A DNA stretch of 63,833 bases, filler included, from Octopus bimaculoides (taxonomy: Eukaryota): NCBI RefSeq assembly GCF_001194135.2. It is 9 parts of 8 records of this genome, joined end to end, with 100 filler letters (N's around TTAATTAATTAA, not from the genome) between each part and the next. Parts side by side here need not be neighbours in the genome. Positions count along the whole stretch, not along the records: positions 22,479 to 26,849 come from NC_068986.1; positions 26,950 to 44,023 come from NC_068987.1; 7 more parts are not named here. One strand, 5' to 3'. The position numbers were made by a program, and so were the translations under genes. This document shows positions 25,078 through 37,829 of the stretch, in pieces. The first letter of the stretch is position 1; each line of letters starts with the position of its first letter. Under the pieces are notes generated by a model. That model made no database searches. It was not told the origin of the DNA and saw only the letters and a list, made by a program, of their open reading frames with translations.

Positions 25078-25160
25078 CTGCTTGCTGTTCTTACACCTGC
25101 CTTTGTCTTTCCCTTTTTCTATAAATCTCAACTATATACACATGTACATACATACATACT

Positions 25161-25191
<31 letters not shown>

Positions 25192-25761
25192 TATATATTT
25201 TTTTACCAAAAAATTTGGTAAAACTATGAAAATTAGATTTGAATGGTTTATGTTTTTATTCGATGTGTATTGCTAATAATAATGATGGTGATGATAGCAA
25301 TAATAATGGGACCCTGAGGAGATGGAGTATCCTGTATTTAATAATATTTAATAATATTTTATGATATGTATTAATCATTCTGGATGTTCTATCTAAATGT
25401 ACATAGGTCTATTTATTTGTCATTATTATTGTTATAGTTGTTGTAATAAAGTATTTTCAACGGATCAATTTTGAACTCTATTTAAAGTTGATATANNNNN
25501 NNNNNNNNNNNNNNNNNNNNNNNNNNNNNNNNNNNNNNNNNNNNNNNNNNNNNNNNNNNNNNNNNNNNNNNNNNNNNNNNNNNNNNNNNNNNNNNNNNNN
25601 NNNNNNNNNNNNNNNNNNNNNNNNNNNNNNNNNNNNNNNNNNNNNNNNNNNNNNNNNNNNNNNNNNNNNNNNNNNNNNNNNNNNNNNNNNNNNNNNNNNN
25701 NNNNNNNNNNNNNNNNNNNNNNNNNNNNNNNNNNNNNNNNNNNNNNNNNNNNNNNNNNNNN

Positions 25762-26797
25762 ACAGATCTATCGGACTTGCAAGGAGGTCAAATTGTTGGT
25801 GCTCGTATAGCAGGCGGTCGCGTAACGAAAACAGCCGAAATGTTTGTTGAATCAAGAAGTACTCTCTCAAAAGTAGTGACAAGCTTTGAGAAAGAGAGAA
25901 ACACCTCCTCGTTGAAACAAAAATTCTGGAAGAAAACCAAAACTTTCATATAGGGACTGTCGGACTCTTACGCGAATTGTTAGAAATGATCACAAAAGTA
26001 CAGCTCCCAAAATTACTGCAGAGCTTAATGACCACCTTGAGCACCCAATTTTCACAAAAACTGTTCGCCAGGAGGCTGCAAAAAGCCGGATTTCACGGGA
26101 GGGCTACTATCAGAAAACACTCCTTTCAAAAACAAACGTTGCAAAGCGTTGAGAGTGGTCCCTAGAGCAGTGGAAGATTGTTATTTTCTCGGACGAGTCA
26201 TCCTTTACCTTATTTCCAACCACCGGCCGAGTATACATGTCGAGACAGCCAAAAGAAGCATTTGACCCAGACTGCCTACTTCCAAATGTTAAACATAGAG
26301 GAGGATCTGTGTTGATCTGGGGTGGGGGCTATTTCTTAGAAAGCTGCCAGCCCAATGGTTTCTCTTCGTGGCAGAATTAATAGTCAAGATTATTTAAGCA
26401 TTTTATCTGAACAAATTCATCTTATGGTTGCGGAACTGTTTCCAGGATTAAACGCTATCTTTCAGGATAATGCAGCTAAAGTTGTTACTGAATTGTACGA
26501 GGAACATTCTACTGAAGTTGAACATCTTATCTAGCTCACAGTATTATTGAACATTTATGGAGCATTTTAGAAAAACAAGTAAGGAGTAGACATCCGCCAC
26601 CATCATCATCACTACAAGAGCTGGAGACAGTTTTAGCTCAAGAATGGACAAAAATTCCTGTGGAAATAATTCAAACATTGTACGAGACCATACCTCATAG
26701 AATTCAAGCTGTAATTACTGCTTAAGGCGGTCCTACCCCATATTAAAATAAACTTGTTTGAAATTTTAAAGTGTTTCCATTATTTTGTCCAACCCTG
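25762..26797 (+). mobile_element. Tc1-family (DDE) transposon, frameshifted; 5' end in a gap
   Basis: DLSDLQGGQIVGAR..WKIVIFSDES (D at 26192)..VKHRGGSVLIWG..AIFQDNA (D at 26466)..IIEHLWSILEK (E at 26549)..IQAVITA*GGPTPY* (stop 26744-46). 3' TIR gtgtttccattattttgtccaaccctg. Confidence 0.95.
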
Positions 26798-26809
26798 TGT
26801 GTGTGTGTG

Positions 26810-26849
<40 letters not shown>

Positions 26850-26949
26850 NNNNNNNNNNNNNNNNNNNNNNNNNNNNNNNNNNNNNNNNNNNNTTAATTA
26901 ATTAANNNNNNNNNNNNNNNNNNNNNNNNNNNNNNNNNNNNNNNNNNNN

Positions 26950-27002
<53 letters not shown>

Positions 27003-27174
27003 GTATGTATATTTGCATATAATTATATATCTGTATTGCGTCTGTGTATATGTGTGTCCGTATGAATATGTGCTTGCTTGCCCGTGTGTATATGTTTGTG
27101 TTTACTTTGGTGTGTGTGCATCTTATAGACCCTCGCAAGGCAAAAATCCTCCGGTATGGAATCTTTTTTTCTTC

Positions 27175-27970
27175 CAACACGTTCGGGCTAAATTGCACGA
27201 AATTTTGCTCTGATTTTACAGGAAGAGCTTGAGTAATTGTGGAACAATCAACGTCATTGTAGAATGCAAGCATTAAAGTTGGATTTGTAAAAAGTACAGC
27301 TGACATATTGGAAAAGTCGTACCCGTATCATGATGATTCCCGCCGGATTTTCAAATGCCTGCATCAAAACTGTTGTTCAGTGATCTCTAAACATAACAAA
27401 GACTGTAAAACGTGACAGAGAGAGGTGTAACTGAGATTATGCAGTTGTGGACAATTCAGATGTGTATGTGAAGCTGCTAAAGATTGTGGTGAATTCTTGG
27501 ATAGAGAATAATGCTGCTGCAAGGACATACGTCTGGCAGCAGAACTCGGTTCTTTCCATAATTCGGACAGAATAAGTATTGGTTGTCGGAGAATTTCTAC
27601 AACTTAACCAGCCCCTATTTCTGTCCTCCAAATTCCACCTACCATAATGCCATAGATTCCTATGTGTGTGGCACAGTTTAGAAAGTCTCTAACTGCTCTG
27701 TATACAAAACCAAGGCAGTGCTAGTGGTCAAGTATAAAGAAGTGTCCGAAGATCTTATCAGTAATACAATGAGGGCCGCATACTTCAGGTTCCAGTGTCA
27801 TCTTGAGGCGTTGCTGAAAGCTGAGGGTGGCTATTTTGAGCAATATTTTATTTCCCAGTTATTATATAGTTTATATCTTTGGATTTCTTAAATTACTTTC
27901 ATTGTTGGATGGGACACTATGCTTTCTTTCTCTTTTGTACAAACTGTCAAATATAGCCCAAACACCAAGA
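27175..27970 (+). mobile_element. Decayed maT/DD37D-like Tc1-mariner remnant
   Basis: 27453-27843 reads NSDVYVKLLKIVVNSWIE..RTYVWQQNS / WLSENFYNLTSPYFCPPNSTYHNAIDSYVCG..FQCHLEALLKAEGGYFE. Degenerate TIR-like ends near 27177 and 27965. Confidence 0.75.
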
Positions 27971-28909
27971 ATATATTTTTGATATATAATTTCCTTCGCT
28001 ATATATTTCTCTACCGTTATATGAAAGGTATGTAATTTCTAAAATCTACGAAATTCATATCCACTATCAGCTCATAGATTTTGAGTACAATTACTCTACA
28101 GTGCACATAAGAGTACACTTAGTGCGTGTTAGTTCGACCATGTATTAAATGTACCGGACAGTCTTGTAACTATAACATCGATGCTAAGCAGAAAGTGATA
28201 TCTGTGAGGAGAATTATCTGTATTTTGAGTGGTGTAATAAATATATAATATTCTAGAAAGCACCGACCTTCTATCATTTCTTGAATCAGGAAGCATTTAC
28301 TTCTTTATATATATAGCATTAAAATTGTTGAATCAGTCTCTCTCTACTCAGACTAGTATCTAATAGCTTTAATGCATAGTTAACATCTAATCTGGTTGTG
28401 GCTGAACTGCTAATCAAAGGAGTGCAGAATTTGTTGATAAGCAACTTGCAGTTATTGACTAAGTTAGTTACTGTTCCCTCACCTTGAACAGACAAGATTT
28501 TGTAGATAACAAGTAACATTTAATAGTATCGTTCTGAAGCTAATGAGACACTGAAAGAGAAATATTCTCGTAAATAATGTTTAAGAGTTTAGGATCATAG
28601 ATAAAATCAAGTCCAAACATGCTCGTTAAAGTGCAGACGCTTTGGAAATTGTTCGCAACACGTGAATTTTAAAATTGCAAGGAAAATTTCCTTTTATCAT
28701 ACACGGTAAATTTCAAATATTATCCAATGAAATAAAGTATTTAATAATTAAGGCTACTGAAGTACATTAACTAATTCAAAGCAGTTTTAGCAAAGCATAT
28801 CCTTTATGTTAGCATAAATGATTTGTATGCCGATGTAAATTACTCTGCAACACACTTGGTTATTTCAGCATATATATAGATAGATAGATAAATAAATACA
28901 CACATTCAT

Positions 28910-28926
28910 ACATACAGGTACAAATG

Positions 28927-29002
<76 letters not shown>
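28910..29002. repeat. (CA)n(TA)n compound microsatellite
   Basis: Direct reading. Confidence 0.9.
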
Positions 29003-29003
<1 letters not shown>

Positions 29004-29117
29004 ATATACGCACAAACACACACGCACTTATATAGATTACTTGGTCGATTGATTGTTGCGAGACCATATAATCCATTCGTCAGTAGTTGTTGTTGTCGTA
29101 CATATATTATTTATTAC

Positions 29118-29322
29118 TATTGAGTGAGAGTGCAGCGCATTTGATCAAAGTGACACAGGGTTACAAATATACGAAGCCCAGTATAGCCATCATGATTACC
29201 AGTTATATGCATCACAACCATACGTGCGCGACATAGTGATCATATATCAAGATAAACACCGCTTGACCTTGCAGGTGGGACCCAGGTAGAATTTTCTTCG
29301 GGTTGAGTAGTCCATCCCGCAC
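29118..29322 (-). mobile_element. 3' part of another SINE-like repeat (family F)
   Basis: Resembles, from memory, a common octopus repeat (caaagtgacac..atatacgaagcccagtat..gaccttgcaggtgggacccag). (AAT)-type tail on the left. Single copy in this window. Confidence 0.5.
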
Positions 29323-29330
29323 TTTATTAC

Positions 29331-29391
<61 letters not shown>

Positions 29392-29532
29392 GCTGTTGTT
29401 TTTTCAATTTTAATCTGCAGGTTTGTTACAATGAATTGCCGAGACACTCCCAGCCACCTGGGGCAAGTGAAGGATAAGGGATGTTACAGTTCCTTATGCG
29501 CGTGCTTATGTGTTTGTACTCGTTTACATTTA

Positions 29533-29740
29533 TGAGGTGGTGCTGAAATGTTCCTGACTTTAAGAGTATCGCCTGGTCGGAGGTCCAAATTTCGAGTTCT
29601 TTTGCAGGGCTTAGAAGAACTGAAGGAAAGCAGCAGTACGTGTGTGAATCTGAGAAGGGGTTATGTTGAATAAAGCCCTATTTCACTGATCCTCCAGTAT
29701 TTTCATTTAACCAAAGCCAGGAACTTCTCGGCACCCCTCG
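29533..29740 (+). mobile_element. Mariner-derived MITE, 208 bp
   Basis: TA TSD. TIRs tgaggtggtgctgaaatgttcctgactt and aagccaggaacttctcggcacccctcg. Internal ELKE..STCVNLRRGYVE* resembles the mariner C-terminus. Confidence 0.85.
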
Positions 29741-29973
29741 TATATATGTATGCCAACCTGTTGAAATCAGATTTTACAAAGTCATTCGACATACTGTTTA
29801 TTTGTAAATATTTTCATTACGTATTCTATTGAAAAATCTTATTACATATATTTCTGAGTGCATGTGTGTATGTTTGCGCTTTTCAACCTATTCGAACTTC
29901 TCTACTCGCACATCTGAATATTTAGAAGCACAATCACTAGAATAGATAGATAGCTAGATAGATAGATAGATAT

Positions 29974-30021
<48 letters not shown>

Positions 30022-30025
30022 CTAT

Positions 30026-30270
30026 CTTTCTTTTATTAGCCACACAGGGCTGCACAAAGAGGGGACAAATACAACTGTAGAGCTTTTCTTTAAAAATAAA
30101 AATAAATAAATAAAAAAAGGTAAGATAAAAATTAAAAAATCCGATCAAAAGGGGTCGGTAGGGAAAAAGAAGGGTATCGTATATCACAGAAAATGTCAAT
30201 AGTGTAAAATGGGGTAACATTAGGTTTATCTATGGAGAGAAAAGCCTACGGAAAAGACCACGGTAACCTC
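30026..30270 (-). mobile_element. 3' UTR fragment of a putative L1/Tx1-like LINE (family E)
   Basis: Shares its 3' end with 5365-5428 and with SINE B tail E. Abuts (GATA)n at 29942-30020. Confidence 0.55.
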
Positions 30271-30423
30271 AGGAGGTTACCGTGAGAGCAATAGACACAT
30301 GAGAGCAAGGTGCTCTCTTTCTCTCTCTTTTTTATTCTTCTCGATTTATAGCATCATGCTCAAAGAGGAATCGTCACTCGCACGCACCAACTTTGCTACA
30401 TTCACCCACCTTTTAATGAAACT

Positions 30424-30425
<2 letters not shown>

Positions 30426-30492
<67 letters not shown>
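30426..30492. repeat. (AGAT)n microsatellite
   Basis: Direct reading. Confidence 0.95.
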
Positions 30493-30494
<2 letters not shown>

Positions 30495-32207
30495 GTATTT
30501 CCTGGTGAAACCACAGGAACGAAATTATGGTTAACGAAATTATGGTCATATCCGTAAAAATAGAAACCTAAACACCTTTACTCGACCCGCCGATCTTCGA
30601 AAACGGTTAAATATATGGGATGAGTCAAGCCACATTATCATTTCTAGAAAACACATTGATCAATATAGAAATATTTCCCACACGCTTGAATGCCGTTTGT
30701 GTACGGGACTGGTTAAGAATCAAAATGAGCTTTGAAACACGTCAAATCCGGAATTTTATCAATTTTCAAAGTGACCACACAAATGCTACCGAAGAATATT
30801 TACAAATAATCCAAATAACTACACAGCTTTCACAAACAGCAAGAAACTAGCAACTATAATTGCTGTTGCTATCTCCTCTACAATATTAGAGTTAACACTG
30901 ATGGTGCTTACACATAAACACTTTACTCGCATTTTTAAAACACGTAAAATATCTATAACAAGTGCAATGAAACACAAATCTTTTAAACATATATTTATAG
31001 CATTAAAATATTTTGAAATTATCTTATGGTATTCATGAAGTAATAGTTCCCAGAAACTTTCTTGATATCAGAACGCAAAACCTTCACTATTCTAAACTAT
31101 ACTCAGATCAAACAAGCCAAGTCTACTACTCATAAAAACAGGCAATCATCTTAGAGATAGCAAAAATATCAAATTATCGGTCAGTATTTTCGCCAAAAGC
31201 CATCACGGCATATATTCGCTTAGTATCTATTATTGCTAGACTGCTTAGTTGCGTTTGTCCGTTTGTAATTTCTCGGACATGACTTTATTCTTATAAAGCT
31301 ATTGAACATGTTGCAACTACAATATTTACTACCATATAAAAGATTTTCTTGCTAGCTAGCTATATAACATGAAGCACGTTATTGTACAAGGTTTCAACAA
31401 CATCAGCAACAATCACATGTGAGCCTGATAAATGTGAATAGACAATGATGCCCTTTATATAGATTGCCTTTTCTGTTTTTCGGAGATCCAGGTCTACACC
31501 ATAATTTAATGCAACGAGCCGGTAGTGATTAACTAAGTCGTTTGACGTATAATGATTTAAGGTAATAAAAGTGTGCTACAGAATATGTCTTAGTTATATC
31601 ACTAATTCGTAATACCAATACCATTTCCTTGATAGCTTTTTCCAGACAGAAACACTTGCAGGTAGATAATAATAGAAGTCTTTGGTAATTTAGCCCAGCA
31701 GCACTTACGTTCGTGATTTCCCAACCGGGAAACAAACTTTTTTTTTTTTGCTCTGTGGAAAGTTAGCTTCTCTGAAAGAGAATCATGCTTCTTGGATGAT
31801 GATTTTTTAAACCTAACATTACAATATACTTCTCCTCATTTCTACTGATAGGGAAAATTTACCTTGATTTCCTTTGCTGTTTTCATACTTTCCTGTTTTC
31901 ATTTGCTATGTTTCTTTGCAGTGTTTCTTGGCAATGTTTCTTAGAAGCGTTTTGCCTGTTCAACACTGAAACACTTAATATATTGATCGCTCTCGAGTTC
32001 ACCTCCAGTTTTGATTTCGGAACCACATAAATACTTACATAATGTCGATATAGTTAGATACTGAATTCGCATTTATCCCTTATGACTTAAATTCATGTTA
32101 TTAAACGCTTGAGCTGTGTGCATGCATATATGATATGCTTCTTTAATTTAAACTTAAGTACACATACACACACCCACATGAATACATACATACATACATA
32201 TATACAT

Positions 32208-32246
<39 letters not shown>

Positions 32247-33140
32247 TTCAGTTTAAGTTAAATATCATTGCTTTCTGAGTTTTTAAAAACAAACGTAAAC
32301 TGTAACATTTTAACTTAAAATTTTTAGACGATATATATAGCAGAACATATACAGCATCTATTTGCGTTTCTAATATGCATTTGTCTTGTTATCTCTCAAT
32401 ATAAATCGTAATATTAATGTATTTTAGCAATGTCTTCGCATACGTCAAAAGAAGCAAATCTTGTTCTCATGAGAACTTAAACACGAAAGTGAGTTGAACA
32501 GAACATCATACATTCATGCACACATACATTTGTTTTGCTTCCCTTACTCTTACATTTATTGAACACCAATTAGTTAAACTGTTGCGTAGAGATGTTGGAA
32601 AATCGTAAAATATGTTTGATGTGTTAACCTAAATGGAAATTTTCTCCAAACTAATGACAAAATCAGAACCAAAGTTTGGGATTTTTATTTATTCATTTTT
32701 TATATTTAGCACAGAAGTGTGATAGAATCGCGCCCAAAACATTGATTTCGGTAACCAGCTAGCATCGAAAGACTATTTCAACAAATATTTAATCTTTGAG
32801 CATTATAAAAAATATTCAAAAAATGACAAAATGTAGAGGGAGAATTTTCATTGAATCCAGTATTATCGAACTTTCTCGAGTTAATTTAACCTGTCATATT
32901 GATATTTCATATTTTTCAGATGATTTCAGATTAATGGTCTTCATTCAGAAGTCTCTTAACTAATGCTGAACGACACAATGTCAAAACTTTTAAGAGCTCT
33001 TGTTCTTTTTCCGCTTTTTGTATTTGGAATTTTTTGTTGTTGCTGCTGAATCTTTGAAAAATATGTTAGGCAGGAAGAAAAAAAATGTGAGGACAGAAAA
33101 AATGATGAGGAAGATTACCCCCATTATTTTTGTTGTTGTC

Positions 33141-33154
33141 ATTATTACTATTAC

Positions 33155-33213
<59 letters not shown>

Positions 33214-33295
33214 GAAGAAGAAGAAGAAGAAGAAGAAGAAGAAGAAGAAGAAGAAGAAGAAGAAGAAGAAGAAGAAGAAGAAGAAGAAGAAGAAG
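33141..33295. repeat. (ATT)n-(AGA)n compound microsatellite
   Basis: Direct reading; explains the poly-I/R/L/E/S/N ORFs. Confidence 0.95.
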
Positions 33296-33875
33296 GAGAA
33301 GAAGAAGGTGATGATATCGATGTTGCTACTCTAGATGATGATGAATAAGAAACAAAGTAGTAAAAGTGACAGCATATGAAATTGTGCACAGCAAAAAATT
33401 ATAAACAATTGTAGAAAACAATAACAACAACAAAAAATATATCGAAGGCGAAATTAAAACTGCAAAATGGCTTGGAATGTGAATCAATGGAAAATAAAAC
33501 ACAGAAAGAGAGAGAAAAATCCACATCCCTCATCAATGGGAGGCATTATGAGGAACTATTCAGTGGTAGTGCTGGATTAAAGTCACAAACGAAATGATTG
33601 CCAAAATGGTTGTCATGTTAATATCGTTCAGAGAAGATAAAAACATTGAACATGAAATGTACTTGAGAAATATCTGTGTGAAGTTTTAGAGTTAAACATA
33701 TAAAAGAAAAGATCTAAACATTTTAAGGAACGAGGAAGGCGGAGAGGAATTATGATTGAGAGAACAAGGAAATAGAGAGGGGTAGAAACTGCGTGTATGT
33801 GAGAGATATAGAGCGGATGAGAGTTGCGAGTATGTGTGTTTGAGAGAGAAAGAACGAGATAGAAAATGTGTGCGT

Positions 33876-33958
<83 letters not shown>

Positions 33959-34120
33959 TGTGTATCTATGTGCGTGCGCGTTTATTTGTGTTTGATGCCA
34001 GGGAGGGTGATTCAGAAAACTTTCAAAAATTCGTTATCAGAAAGAAACACTGAAAGAGAGAGAGAGAGAAAAAGAGAGAGAGATAGAGAGAGAGAGAGAA
34101 AGAGAGAGATAGAGAGAGAA

Positions 34121-34157
<37 letters not shown>

Positions 34158-35614
34158 AAACAAAAATTAGTGGATCTAACGCTTTTGTGTGCTCAACAGT
34201 ATTAGATGTGGGATAGAAAACAAAACATGTTGAAAGCGTGTGTGTATGTGGGCTTGTGCGAATGTGCAAGAAAGAAAGTGGAAGATAATGTAAGAGAGAA
34301 GAAAGTGAGATAAAATGGAGGAGAGAAAGAGAGTGATTAAATGCGGTTACTTACCACTAAGACTAAACTAAGAATTAAAATGTGTGGACGGATAGAGATA
34401 CTGGTTGGTTTTTCAGTAAGTTGAAAAAGAGAAGGAAACGTAAAGGAGAGAAAATTGGTAAGAGTTATAAGTGTTAGAGAAATGATATGAGGGTGAGAAT
34501 ACGCAAAGGTAATTTGGGAGAATTATGTCGATAGGAGAAAGAAACAAGATAAGAGACATGAGAGTGAAATGAAACAAAACAAGATAGAAAACGACCAAAG
34601 AGATTATATGCATACGACTAAGACAATGAAGAGATATATAACGAAGGAAAATACAAAAAGTAAATTGTAAAGAGTTGCTTCATATGGAGAAATTGTTGAG
34701 TAATGAAAGTGGAGGAGAGAGAGATAGAGGGAAAGAAAGAGAGTTGCTGACAGAATTGGATAGTAGGTTATAGCAACACGTGATTAAAACAAAGAATATA
34801 CGTTTTGCAAATTAGTAAAATATCTAAGGTAAGTTTATTACTGAACATCTATAGAGATCGATCAGTAACAGAAACTGGAAGAAAAATATACTTGCTTTTT
34901 ATTTCATTTTATTGTGTTTATGCCGTCCATGATATGTAATAACATTTGAATGCAGTGAAGTGTTCTATTTTATCACTTAGAAAAGATATAGTCTGTCTTA
35001 TCTTCGATTCACACTTAAAACTATAAACTTGTTAAAATGTTCTACATTTCTAGTGCGTAGATTCAGTGTCATAAAGATAATTAACAGAAAGACAAGAAAT
35101 TAAGTCTAACAAAACTAACACGATCTCTTTGTAGGAACTGAGAGCAAGCGGTTCAGAAATGTACAGAAACAAGGTTCAGTAAGTGATAGCCATGAAGTGA
35201 TAAAACACTTAATGTTACAAGAAAATAAATGAGACATCGAGATAAAAAGACGGTTTTTATTATTCCAGCATGCTCTATTGAAAGATAGATCGAATACGAT
35301 AAACAATTAGTATATAGTGCTGGTGCCCTCAACCAGACGAGAGTAAAATTTACAGTCAAACAAATTTCAAACACCATCATCATAGATTTCTCAGCGATTA
35401 TCATTACTAATGTTTTCGTTGTTAATATTGCTCTAGTTGTTTTTGTGGTTGTTATTTACGTCATAAGAATTTAACTTCGAGTGACGACGAGAAATAATTC
35501 ACTTTTAATTGTAGAACACAATACGGAGAAAGCTATAAATAACACTGTGTGAATACTGGTTTAAAACAAACATTTTTGGAAAGAAAATATCGAAGGCTGC
35601 TTGTGAGAGAGGAA

Positions 35615-35685
35615 TCCGCTTCATCTCCGAGGTCGACATTGCCTTTCATCCTCTCGGGGTCGATGAAAGAAGTACCAGTGAGCCA
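35615..35685 (+). mobile_element. SINE B body fragment
   Basis: ccgaggtcgacattgcctttcatcctctcggggtcgatgaaagaagtaccag. Confidence 0.8.
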
Positions 35686-35689
35686 TATC

Positions 35690-36125
35690 TAGTTAGCAAC
35701 TTCCTTGTCTTTCTGTCTAAGCTGTTTAGTTCGTCTACTGTCCATGCGATTAGCCCTGTTCCATATCTAAGGAGTGAAACAACCCAGGTGTTGATAGCTC
35801 CAATCTTATTCCGTCCGTTTAATTTCGAATTAAGCATCAGTCTCAGTCTGCGCATGTACTCCACCTTAAATTTTTTCTGTTATGTCTTTCTTCATCAATT
35901 TATCTATTTCCAATATCGTCAAGCACTTATACGTTGTCTCTTCTATTTGCTTCATAACCTCCTCCGACGGTGTCACTCGCCTGTCCATACATTTAATTTT
36001 GCCTCTCTTCAAGTCTAACACACCACACTTTTTCAGTCTGAACAACATTCTGATATCAGCAAAGAAAGTATACACCATATCAACGAGTGAACTGACTTGG
36101 GATTCGTCATTACCATAAAGCTAGA
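35690..36125 (-). mobile_element. R4/Dong-like non-LTR retrotransposon fragment (RT C-terminal and thumb region)
   Basis: LYGNDESQVSSLVDMVYTFFADIRMLFRLKKCGVLDLKRGK..EYMRRLRLMLNSKLNGRNKIGAINTWVVSLLRYGTGLIAWTVDELNSLDRKTRKLLT. Confidence 0.85.
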
Positions 36126-36132
36126 GAGCAGC

Positions 36133-36133
<1 letters not shown>

Positions 36134-36173
<40 letters not shown>

Positions 36174-37415
36174 TGTTGTTTTTTCTTCTTTCTTCAAATT
36201 TTCTCACATTTCTCCCCGAGTGTTTTCCGTACACCTAGGGCAGAGAAACTCGTTGTATGCGTTCCCAATTTACACACGCAAATTCATAGGTAAAACATGT
36301 ATTTAAGAAAAAAAAAATCATGAATGTATGTTGTTTTCACAGCGATAATGCTCTTCTTAGTACATGAGTCGTTCCAGTTAGCACGATTTTTTGCACTTCC
36401 TGTAGTGATGGTAAGCCTGGTATCATTTTCAAATAGGTTTCAGTACCTTTTTTTATCATTCCTAGAGATCCTACAATCACTGGTATGGTAGTCGCCTTGA
36501 GGTGCCACATTTTTTCAATTTCTATTAGCAAGTCTTTATATTTACTGATCTTGTCAAATTCTTTCGCCGCTATATNNNNNNNNNNNNNNNNNNNNNNNNN
36601 NNNNNNNNNNNNNNNNNNNNNNNNNNNNNNNNNNNNNNNNNNNNNNNNNNNNNNNNNNNNNNNNNNNNNNNNNNNNNNNNNNNNNNNNNNNNNNNNNNNN
36701 NNNNNNNNNNNNNNNNNNNNNNNNNNNNNNNNNNNNNNNNNNNNNNNNNNNNNNNNNNNNNNNNNNNNNNNNNNNNNNNNNNNNNNNNNNNNNNNNNNNN
36801 NNNNNNNNNNNNNNNNNNNNNNNNNNNNNNNNNNNNNNNNNNNNNNNNNNNNNNNNNNNNNNNNNNNNNNNNNNNNNNNNNNNNNNNNNNNNNNNNNNNN
36901 NNNNNNNNNNNNNNNNNNNNNNNNNNNNNNNNNNNNNNNNNNNNNNNNNNNNNNNNNNNNNNNNNNNNNNNNNNNNNNNNNNNNNNNNNNNNNNNNNNNN
37001 NNNNNNNNNNNNNNNNNNNNNNNNNNNNNNNNNNNNNNNNNNNNNNNNNNNNNNNNNNNNNNNNNNNNNNNNNNNNNNNNNNNNNNNNNNNNNNNNNNNN
37101 NNNNNNNNNNNNNNNNNNNNNNNNNNNNNNNNNNNNNNNNNNNNNNNNNNNNNNNNNNNNNNNNNNNNNNNNNNNNNNNNNNNNNNNNNNNNNNNNNNNN
37201 NNNNNNNNNNNNNNNNNNNNNNNNNNNNNNNNNNNNNNNNNNNNNNNNNNNNNNNNNNNNNNNNNNNNNNNNNNNNNNNNNNNNNNNNNNNNNNNNNNNN
37301 NNNNNNNNNNNNNNNNNNNNNNNNNNNNNNNNNNNNNNNNNNNNNNNNNNNNNNNNNNGTACGTAAGTTCAAGCTGGATCAAGCCTCGACCTCCCTGAGC
37401 TTTGGGGAGGTAATT
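36134..37415 (-). mobile_element. 5'-truncated R4/Dong-like retrotransposon 3' end (RLE domain, 3' UTR, (TAA)n); spans a gap
   Basis: YLPKAQGGRGLIQLE (~37360-37412). IEIEKMWHLKATTIPVIVGSLGMIKKG..VQKIVLTGTTHVLRRALSL* (stop 36337-39). (TAA)n at 36134-36170. Confidence 0.85.
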
Positions 37416-37829
37416 ATTTTCGTTGCACAGCATCTAACGCCGGAGATATACTATGGTGTCAGCTGTTCACTACCAGTGAACTAAGGTAACACCTCATATT
37501 TTTCAAGCACCTTCCGGAGTATTCGGGCTTGTGGTCGTACTTATTGATATTTCGAAACAAGTTATTTTCATCAATTGATATAGGGATGACGGGAGAGTGC
37601 TTAATTTACAAAATGCATGATGAGGCGAGATGATAGGCCACTTTAATATATCATAACATCTACCAAATGGCTTCTGCAGTATTGTATGAAGAATTGTAGA
37701 AGTGACATAAAAGAACGTCCGTAGACAGGTGCATTGATTACGGTCGTGATCGTTCGACGGTTACAATATTTGGTGCGTATTACGAGACTTTTGTAAACAC
37801 TGATGTGATCAAAAAAAGCTACGTGACCA

